From positions 1-49,158 of the forward strand of contig JAEOTX010000096.1 of the NCBI GenBank assembly GCA_016839605.1: DNA of 49,158 nt, given 5' to 3'. A program made the position numbers and the translations under genes. Under the pieces are notes generated by a model. That model worked only from the letters and a program-made list of their open reading frames with translations. It was not told the DNA's origin and searched no databases. Positions within the stretch are counted from its first letter, which is position 1; each line of letters opens with the position of its first letter. Positions 1-6,429 of this stretch are shown piece after piece. This DNA comes from Candidatus Thorarchaeota archaeon. Lineage in GTDB: Archaea; Asgardarchaeota; Thorarchaeia; Thorarchaeales; Thorarchaeaceae.

Positions 1-3
1 AGG

Positions 4-39
4 GATAGAAGGAGCGCGACCAGCGCCAGCTCCTTCATC
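4..39 (-). terminator. 3' hairpin downstream of ssb; short relative of the repeat at 612-713 and 1477-1606
   Basis: Minus strand GATGAAGGAGC-TGGCGCTGGTCGC-GCTCCTTCTATC forms a stem; it shares TGGTCGCGCTCCTTC with copy 2 and GAAGGAGCT with the vhuU helix arm. Confidence 0.5.
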
Positions 40-64
40 AAAACAATTCTGTGTTCGTCAAAGA

Positions 65-454
65 TTATCTTGGACGACTACCGTGATCTTCGGCAGACAT
101 GTCGACTTCCGTGTTGATTTCACCAATTGATTCTTCAGCTGAAGCAATCGAACCGAATTTACCTAGTTGAAGTCTTAGATTGCCCTTGAAGAGACCTGTG
201 TATCCATTCGAAAGGGTGTAAGATTCGCCTTCCTCTATTGTCTCGATGGTTTCATTCCAGATAGGCATTAGAACTATCCCTGTGGAATCGCCAACTTGGG
301 CATCTACTACTCGGTATGTCTCACCGTTCTTACGGGATTCAACCGATCTTTCATCACTTGTATTCATGACCTTGAAGGTAATGTTTACGCTTTTCATTCC
401 GGGCTTAAGCTCGGAAATAGTGGCCTCAACGGCCTCTGTCTTGTTGTCATACAT
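65..454 (-). CDS. ssb: Single-stranded DNA-binding protein (single OB-fold, archaeal SSB/RPA type)
   Basis: ISELKPGMKSVNITFKV...VGDSTG.V.MPIWN...GESYTLSNGYTGLFKGNLRLQLGKFGSI is the typical archaeal SSB OB-fold pattern. Confidence 0.85.
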   Translation of the reverse strand: MYDNKTEAVEATISELKPGMKSVNITFKVMNTSDERSVESRKNGETYRVVDAQVGDSTGIVLMPIWNETIETIEEGESYTLSNGYTGLFKGNLRLQLGKFGSIASAEESIGEINTEVDMSAEDHGSRPR

Positions 455-611
455 TGTATATCACTCGCTTTTGCGAATTCAGGTCATTCAAAACTAAGGT
501 AGTCCTCAGGTGGAAGTAAAGAAAGGTCGTTAATCCTCAATAGAACCAGTAAGAAGGTTTGCATAGTTGCTATGCCTGTGACTCGATGGCGTGTGAGTCT
601 GCTTATAGTGT

Positions 612-713
612 TATGCATAATACCGAATAAAGAGAAAGGATGGAAGGAGCGCGACCAACGCACTCTTGCGGTGTGTCACACCCAGCCCATTTCATTTGAG
701 GTCGTGCCTTCAT
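612..713 (-). repeat. Degenerate direct-repeat copy of the vhuU 3' SECIS element
   Basis: agagaaaggatggaaggagcgcgaccaacgcactcttgcggtgtgtcacacccagcccatttcatttgaggtcgtgccttcat aligns with the 1477-1581 copy; it overlaps the TGA stop of the nucleotidyltransferase gene. Confidence 0.85.
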
Positions 714-1276
714 TCTCGGTTCTTTATCTTGGCAGTAGATTCTTTCAAGAATCTCTTCCAATCATCAAGAATTTTCAACTTCTTGCACGTCGATTCGATA
801 TACGCAATATCAAGTTGTGGTTGTCTGCGAGAGAGAATGCCCAGCGCATCTCGAAGATCTTGTTCACCATGAAAAAGGATCTTGTTGATTAACGTGTCTT
901 CAGCTGTACCAAGTTTGATAGTTGTATTGAACAGCTCTATTGCAATTGCACGATCCAGAGTCATTCTGTCGAATTGGGAATTCACACCCTGAATGTCAAG
1001 CCTAAGGAGACTATCAGCAAAGAATATGGTGCTGTGTGATTTCTCTCTCAATGCGACCCTCAAATCCTCAACATTTGCATCAAACCCTTTCGAGTTAAGG
1101 AATTCGACGAAACCAGGAATCTCATCATCATTGCTTTGAATTATCAAATCAATATCTACTGTAGTCCGAGGAACACCGTGATACATCACTGCAACACCTC
1201 CTACCACAACGTAATCAATTTCACTTTCATTTAGATAAGAACATAATATTCGCAGAATCTCCGGGAACTCTTCCAT
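710..1276 (-). CDS. Nucleotidyltransferase family protein (DUF6036/MenT/AbiEii-like toxin candidate)
   Basis: YVVVGGVAVMYHGVPRTTVDIDL (GG...R.T.D.D NTase motif), EDTLINK and QDLRDA; ATG at 1276 preferred over GTG at 1288. Confidence 0.8.
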   Translation of the reverse strand: MEEFPEILRILCSYLNESEIDYVVVGGVAVMYHGVPRTTVDIDLIIQSNDDEIPGFVEFLNSKGFDANVEDLRVALREKSHSTIFFADSLLRLDIQGVNSQFDRMTLDRAIAIELFNTTIKLGTAEDTLINKILFHGEQDLRDALGILSRRQPQLDIAYIESTCKKLKILDDWKRFLKESTAKIKNRE

Positions 1277-1277
1277 C

Positions 1278-1430
1278 TCAGTTCCCACCTGCTACACGTA
1301 AAGCTAAAGCTGAGAGTTTTAAACCCATTAATAAAGTTTCAAGTCCTGTGAATCGTCTTGCCTGCATTGCAGTTCTAATCTGATCATGGTCTCTACGAAG
1401 CTTCACTTGTTCTGCAATGGAGCTTGTCAT
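1278..1430 (-). CDS. Small (50 aa) helical protein, putative antitoxin partner of the nucleotidyltransferase; absent from the ORF track
   Basis: Read by hand: MTSSIAEQVKLRRDHDQIRTAMQARRFTGLETLLMGLKLSALALRVAGGN*; its TGA lies 1 nt before the NTase ATG, a typical two-gene module layout. Confidence 0.6.
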   Translation of the reverse strand: MTSSIAEQVKLRRDHDQIRTAMQARRFTGLETLLMGLKLSALALRVAGGN

Positions 1431-1506
1431 TCTTTTCTCTCATTTGTGGTATATCTACTTCGCTCATATATTCTACTATGCAAAATTCGGAGAAAAGAGA
1501 AAGGAT

Positions 1507-1606
1507 GGAAGGAGGTGCGACCAACGCACCCTTGCGGGGTGTGTCAGACCCGGCCCGTTTCGTTTACGGCCGTGCCTTCATCCGCCGCCGGTCACTAGCT
1601 CCTTCC
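1507..1606 (-). promoter_or_regulatory. Eukaryote/Asgard-type SECIS element of vhuU
   Basis: Minus strand AUGAA-GGCACGGCCGU-AAACGAA-ACGGGCCGGGUC-UGAC: kink-turn core, 11-nt helix II arm, AAA apical loop; closed by GUGACCGGCG/CGUUGGUCGC and GGAAGGAG/CUCCUUCC helices. Confidence 0.85.
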
Positions 1607-1742
1607 TGACTATCTCGCGACACTCCCCGTCATCGTCTTCCTCAACGACGACGAAATGAGCGCCGCATGATAGTCAGCAGTCGTAACACCGCACAACCAT
1701 CTCGATGAGGTTGAGCAGTCCTTCCGGTATTTCTTCCGTCAT
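1578..1742 (-). CDS. vhuU: Selenocysteine-containing [NiFeSe]-hydrogenase subunit VhuU (split C-terminus of the large subunit); Sec UGA at 1676-1674
   Basis: Translated by hand: MTEEIPEGLLNLIEMVVRCYDC-U-LSCGAHFVVVEEDDDGECREIVRKELVTGGG*. It matches the VhuU/L2 motif EMVxRxYDP(C/U)xSCxxH, directly follows vhuA (which lacks L2), and has a SECIS downstream. Confidence 0.93.
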
Positions 1743-1753
1743 GTTTTACACCA

Positions 1754-3070
1754 TTATCTTTTGACCATAGGCTCAGGAAGAGTTAGACTTTCATGAGCCT
1801 TGTCCTCAAATATTTGTTTGGCTGCGACCATGAGAGACTTCTCTATGCCCGCAATGTTGTTGTTAGTAGCAACGACTAGGTTTGCCTTGGTGAGCATCCC
1901 CTTGTCATCTGAGATGTAGTTGTGTAGCAGAATGCCTCTGGGGGCTTCCACGATGCCTACTCCATCTCCAGCTTTGGGTTCGACATCTGAGAGTTTCACA
2001 TCTGTACTGCAAATGTCTGGATCTTTGAGCAGTGTTGCACACCATTCAAACGCTTGTACCAACTCCACAATTCGTGCATAGTGGTAAGCGAATGTATGAT
2101 GAGAGGGTCGACCTACTAGCTCACGCATCTCCGTGAGAGCTGCATCAGCCAAAGGTGTAGCCATCTTCTCATTGACATTGCATCTTGCCAATGTGTTTGC
2201 TCTCCAGACACCCTCTGGATAGCCAGCAGGTTTGTAGTACATATGAGTAGCATAGCTATGCTTTGCTACATGTTCACCGTAGTACTTGGTGTAGTCCTTC
2301 GGTTCAAAGTCTGCAACTATTTTGCCATCTGGCTCTTGGACACGAACTGTGCCGTCGTAGATATCAAGCACACCTTCGTTTGAGAGTCCAATGTAATATG
2401 TCGGGACCACAGCGACTTTTGTGATAACATCCAGATAGTCTGTTACGACCTTCTTTGCCAAGTCCACTGTGTTTAGCGTCAGTTGCTGAATCTCCTCAAG
2501 TCGCCCTATGAAGAAATCGCGGTCTTCTTCCTTCAATGAAGTAAGCATACCTCCAGGAATTCCAGTAGTTGGATGTACAGCCTTCGCACCAATGACTCTG
2601 ATTAACTCCTGACCAAACTCCATCATCTTGATGGCCTGCACAGCCACGTCAGGTAGGTCTCTTAACACAGCTGCGACATTTCTATCAGCAGGATTTGCAA
2701 AAGGCCCGTAAACGAAGTCAGGTGCAGCTAGAGCGTAGAAGTGGATGGCGTGTGAGGAATACTGCTTCGCCTCAATCATCAGACGTCTCAGCTTGATCGC
2801 TGCAGGAGGTGGAGTCACATCCCAGGCTGCCTCAACAGCCTTGATGGATGCCAGATGATGAGGGATCGGACAGATACCACAAATCCTTGGAGCGATCCTT
2901 GGAGCTTCCTCCATGGGACGCCCTTCAAGGAATTTCTCAAAGAACCTTGTGCTATTCACATTGAACTGCACATCTTTGACCTTACCGTCCTTGCCCAATT
3001 TGATTGTCAATGAGCCATGACCCTCTAAGCGGGTCACAGGATCAACACGAATTACTTTCTCTTCACTCAT
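1754..3070 (-). CDS. vhuA: F420-non-reducing [NiFe(Se)] hydrogenase large subunit (group 3c), lacking the C-terminal L2 motif
   Basis: DPVTRLEGHG, RFFEKFLEGR, L1 RICGICPIPH, EAPRGILLH, ANLVVATNNN; no DPCxxC at the C-terminus. Confidence 0.93.
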   Translation of the reverse strand: MSEEKVIRVDPVTRLEGHGSLTIKLGKDGKVKDVQFNVNSTRFFEKFLEGRPMEEAPRIAPRICGICPIPHHLASIKAVEAAWDVTPPPAAIKLRRLMIEAKQYSSHAIHFYALAAPDFVYGPFANPADRNVAAVLRDLPDVAVQAIKMMEFGQELIRVIGAKAVHPTTGIPGGMLTSLKEEDRDFFIGRLEEIQQLTLNTVDLAKKVVTDYLDVITKVAVVPTYYIGLSNEGVLDIYDGTVRVQEPDGKIVADFEPKDYTKYYGEHVAKHSYATHMYYKPAGYPEGVWRANTLARCNVNEKMATPLADAALTEMRELVGRPSHHTFAYHYARIVELVQAFEWCATLLKDPDICSTDVKLSDVEPKAGDGVGIVEAPRGILLHNYISDDKGMLTKANLVVATNNNIAGIEKSLMVAAKQIFEDKAHESLTLPEPMVKR

Positions 3071-3990
3071 TTCTCCTTCGCCTCCTCACGCTTGATTCTC
3101 ATTCGCCCAAGGTGACTAGTAGGATAGTCGAATCTCCAGAAGGTCCCGAGCGGGTCCTTCACCTCTTCCACTATCTTTTCGGGTTCCATCGGTGCATATG
3201 ATCCCAGCATCGAGATAGATGCTGCACCATGGTCCTGTGTAATCGGGGGTGGTGGACCAAAGCAGCCACGACAAGTGGAACCCATATTCACACACTGACC
3301 TTCACATAGACCCCAAGTTGAAGAGCCCACACAGATGTAACCTTGTTCGAGTAAGCATCTGTCTGGGTCCGCAATCCCTTGATATGGTCGCAGAACCTCT
3401 TCGATGGGTGTGTCCTTCTTTTCTCGGTCGCAGTAGTGACACACGGTGTGTGGTGGTAAATCAATAGGTTGACCTGATAGAAGTGCACTCACTGCTGTGT
3501 AGATAAGATCAGGGGTCGGTGGACAGCCGGGGAGGTAGATGTCAATGTCTACAAAGTCCGAGTTTGGTTTTACTACGGATGCAATTCCTGGAAGATTCTC
3601 ACTTGGAACCTCACCGCCTTCCACCGTCTTGTTGTTTCTGAATTTGACATCATAGCACTCTTCAATATCAGAGAAGTTAGCCAGTCCTGGAATACCTCCA
3701 AAACACGAGCATGAACCGAAAGCAATCAGAATCTGACACTTTTCACGCATCAGTTTTAGGAGATGAATATCCTCCTCGGTCCTGGCCATTCCTTCAAAGA
3801 AGCCTACCACTATCGACTTGTCCTCATAGCTCTCTAGGTGATGGAGCTTGAAGTCAGCCACAGCCTGCCAGTACTTTATCTCAATTGCTGGTAGTACTTC
3901 TGCGAGTCGGAGATGTATATCCACCAGACTCTGGAAGCAACCCCAGCAGCTTGACCCCTGGCCCATTGCGACTGGAACTGGATCAGCCAT
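3067..3990 (-). CDS. vhuG: F420-non-reducing hydrogenase small subunit (MvhG/VhuG)
   Basis: CWGC, FGSCSCFGGIPGLAN, LPGCPP, CHYC...CLLEQGYICVG...CEGQC...CRGCFGP. Confidence 0.92.
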   Translation of the reverse strand: MADPVPVAMGQGSSCWGCFQSLVDIHLRLAEVLPAIEIKYWQAVADFKLHHLESYEDKSIVVGFFEGMARTEEDIHLLKLMREKCQILIAFGSCSCFGGIPGLANFSDIEECYDVKFRNNKTVEGGEVPSENLPGIASVVKPNSDFVDIDIYLPGCPPTPDLIYTAVSALLSGQPIDLPPHTVCHYCDREKKDTPIEEVLRPYQGIADPDRCLLEQGYICVGSSTWGLCEGQCVNMGSTCRGCFGPPPPITQDHGAASISMLGSYAPMEPEKIVEEVKDPLGTFWRFDYPTSHLGRMRIKREEAKEK

Positions 3991-3992
3991 CT

Positions 3993-4226
3993 TTAGACCT
4001 CCCTCAGTTTGAAGACGAGCTCATGATGCTCCTCTCCGGCGATCTCTACATCGCCCCATCGAAGAAGGCCCAGAAGATTCCACATGAGCATCTTCTTGTC
4101 CATCTCTGTCTTTTCACCGATTACGCTGACACTGGCTGGGCCTTCCTTGAGCGAATCAAGGATGGATTTTCGCTGCCGTGTCACATCAGCATAGTTCTGG
4201 TCAAAGTACGTCGTGAACTCTGTCAT
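3993..4226 (-). CDS. Small winged-helix-like protein in the mvh operon
   Basis: ILDSLKEGPASVSVIGEKTEMDKKMLMWNLLGLLRWGDVEIAG wHTH pattern; paralog of 14716..15063; ATGA overlap with the mvhD stop (ORF track start 4232). Confidence 0.65.
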   Translation of the reverse strand: MTEFTTYFDQNYADVTRQRKSILDSLKEGPASVSVIGEKTEMDKKMLMWNLLGLLRWGDVEIAGEEHHELVFKLREV

Positions 4227-4663
4227 ACCCACGACCTCCCTATTGGACCAACTTCTTTCACTTGTTCTATCAACTTCGTCACTCCGTCTGCGAATATCTG
4301 GGCCTCAGAGGCACTCGCCCATTGAAGTCGAATTCGCCTCGGATCGATACCAGCTTGCTTGACTGCCTCCGCCATCACTGCCCATCTTGCTCGTAGTTTG
4401 AGATTGCCTGATGTGTAATGACAGTCTCCAGGATGACATCCAGATACCAGCACGCCATCAGCGCCTTGATCTAGGGCACTCAGGATGAACTCTGTGTCTA
4501 TCCGGCCTGTGCAGTTCACCCGGATGATACGAGCGTTTGGCGGATATTGGATCCTGCTCGTTCCAGCCAAGTCGGCTCCGGCATAGGAACACCAATTGCA
4601 GCAAAATGCGACAATTCGAGGTTCCCATTCAGAATCGGTTTTTGCTTTTGATGAAGTAGTCAT
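4223..4663 (-). CDS. mvhD: Hydrogenase iron-sulfur subunit MvhD ([2Fe-2S])
   Basis: PRIVAFCCNWCSYAGADLAG, VNCTGR, GADGVLVSGCHPGDCHY, WASASEA. Confidence 0.95.
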   Translation of the reverse strand: MTTSSKAKTDSEWEPRIVAFCCNWCSYAGADLAGTSRIQYPPNARIIRVNCTGRIDTEFILSALDQGADGVLVSGCHPGDCHYTSGNLKLRARWAVMAEAVKQAGIDPRRIRLQWASASEAQIFADGVTKLIEQVKEVGPIGRSWV

Positions 4664-6429
4664 TAGGCAGCACCTCCATCAGGCTCCATGGGCGCACATA
4701 GATACGCCTCGACCATGGCCAAAATCTGGTCATCAGTCGAGTGTAGCATCATAATGGCAGAACTCGGGCACGCGGCCGCGCAAGTTCCACAGCCATGGCA
4801 CTTAGCCTCGGTGACGAGTGCAACAGGTGGGTCTTGTGACTCATCCATCGCAATCGCATTATACGGACATGCTGAGATGCAAGTGTGGCATGAGGAACAA
4901 AGCTCTGGAATCACTCGTGATACCGTAGCCTCAATCTCCACTTCTCCGCGAGCCATCAAGCCCACTGCCTTTGCAGCGGCTCCGCTAGCGTCAGTTATCG
5001 ACTCCGCAGCACCCTTGGCCGCCTGAGCTCCTCCAGCAATCATCACACCTGCAGTGTGAGTGGTGAGTGGAGCAAGCTTCACGTGCTCAGGGTTGAAGAA
5101 TCCGTCAGGGCTCCTTGTGAGGCTGAATACTTTGGAAACATCCTCAGATCCCTCAGGTGGAACCATTGCTGAAGCTAGAACCAGCAGGTCTGGCTTTAAG
5201 ATAAGATTGTCATCTGAGAAGACATCATGCCAGTGGAGCACAAGCTCCCCATCCACAATCTCCGGTCGTGGTTTCTTCTCTGGTGGAAACTTACTGTAGA
5301 TGACATGCTTGGTTCTGGCCTCTCTCTGAATCTCTTCATGGCCCTTTCCATAAGTCCTGAGGTCTTCGTACAGTATGATAATCTCATCAGCATTGTCCTT
5401 GAGCTCGCCAGCACTCTTTGCAATAGCTGTACAGCAAACTCTAGAGCAGTGCTCATGTCCCTTAACGCCAGATTCACGTGAAGCAACGCAGCCAATATAG
5501 GCGATAGTCTTTGGCGGTTTGCCATTGCTGGGTCTCAAGACATCTCCTTTGAGGCGCATCTCTTCTAGCTCTGCTAAGGTAATAATATCCGGATGGTCTC
5601 CATAGGAGTAGTAGCCATGTGGTTTGAATGGTTGAATCCCTGTCGCCACAATAATCGTGCCCACTCTATGTGTTTTGTCCGCATCATTCGTGGTCACTGT
5701 GACATCGAAATTGCCAATGTAGCCATCAAGATCAGTCACTGTCGATTCTGTCATGACCTCAATCTTGTCGTGAGTTTTGACCCGCTTGATGAGTTGGTCA
5801 GCCAATGTGTTTCCCTGCTCACCTGTTGGATAGACACTTGCTAGCTTCGCGATCTGTCCTCCGAGTTTCTTCTCTCGTTCAACAAGAATTGCATTAAAGC
5901 CGCGGTCTCCAATATCTAGAGCTGCACGCATTCCTGTGACGCCGCCCCCAACAATGAGAGCCGTTGGCTCGACTTCGACACTCTTGACTGGCAAAGACTC
6001 TAGAAGCGCAGCACGAGCAACAGACATCCTAACAAGGTCCTTTGCCTTCTCTGTTGCTTCCTCAGGCTGGCGCATATGGCACCAAGAAACATGTTCTCGG
6101 AGATTGACTTGATCAAAGAGATAGCGGTTTACATCCGCTTCTTCAACTACTCTTCTGAACGTAGGTTCATGCATCCTCGGACTGCAACTAGCAACAACTA
6201 CTCGGTTCAAGCTATGCTCCTTTATGCTGTCCTTGATGAGTTGCTGACCTGAGTCTGCACACATGAACATCGTTGTGGTCGAGAACGCTACGTATGGTAG
6301 GGTCTCAGCCATCTTTGCTACGGCCTCTACATCAACAGTACCTGCGATATTGTGGCCGCACATGCAGACGAATACGCCAATCCTAGGAGCTTCGGCTGCA
6401 GTATCTGTTCCAGTTTCTGCTTCGGTCAC
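4663..6429 (-). CDS. hdrA: Heterodisulfide reductase subunit A-like flavoprotein, without the inserted central ferredoxin domain
   Basis: RIGVFVCMCGHNI, VVVASCSPRMHEPTF, NLREHVSWCH, GGGVTG, GCVASR...CSRVCC, C-terminal 2x[4Fe-4S]. Confidence 0.88.
   Translation of the reverse strand: MTEAETGTDTAAEAPRIGVFVCMCGHNIAGTVDVEAVAKMAETLPYVAFSTTTMFMCADSGQQLIKDSIKEHSLNRVVVASCSPRMHEPTFRRVVEEADVNRYLFDQVNLREHVSWCHMRQPEEATEKAKDLVRMSVARAALLESLPVKSVEVEPTALIVGGGVTGMRAALDIGDRGFNAILVEREKKLGGQIAKLASVYPTGEQGNTLADQLIKRVKTHDKIEVMTESTVTDLDGYIGNFDVTVTTNDADKTHRVGTIIVATGIQPFKPHGYYSYGDHPDIITLAELEEMRLKGDVLRPSNGKPPKTIAYIGCVASRESGVKGHEHCSRVCCTAIAKSAGELKDNADEIIILYEDLRTYGKGHEEIQREARTKHVIYSKFPPEKKPRPEIVDGELVLHWHDVFSDDNLILKPDLLVLASAMVPPEGSEDVSKVFSLTRSPDGFFNPEHVKLAPLTTHTAGVMIAGGAQAAKGAAESITDASGAAAKAVGLMARGEVEIEATVSRVIPELCSSCHTCISACPYNAIAMDESQDPPVALVTEAKCHGCGTCAAACPSSAIMMLHSTDDQILAMVEAYLCAPMEPDGGAA

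Noticed and set aside
1-1606. Repeats as a CRISPR array, tRNA or 5S rRNA
   Set aside because: Only three diverged copies separated by whole genes; no cloverleaf, T-loop or 5S consensus; no cas genes
1386-1659. Plus-strand ORFs 1386..1598, 1417..1659 and 1424..1609 (also 572..892 and 666..872)
   Set aside because: Antisense shadows of vhuU, the SECIS, and the NTase module; no recognisable motifs
1578-1756. vhuA/vhuU as a frameshifted pseudogene
   Set aside because: vhuU has its own ATG with an upstream GGTG SD-like sequence, a Sec codon and a SECIS; the split is the known Vhu architecture
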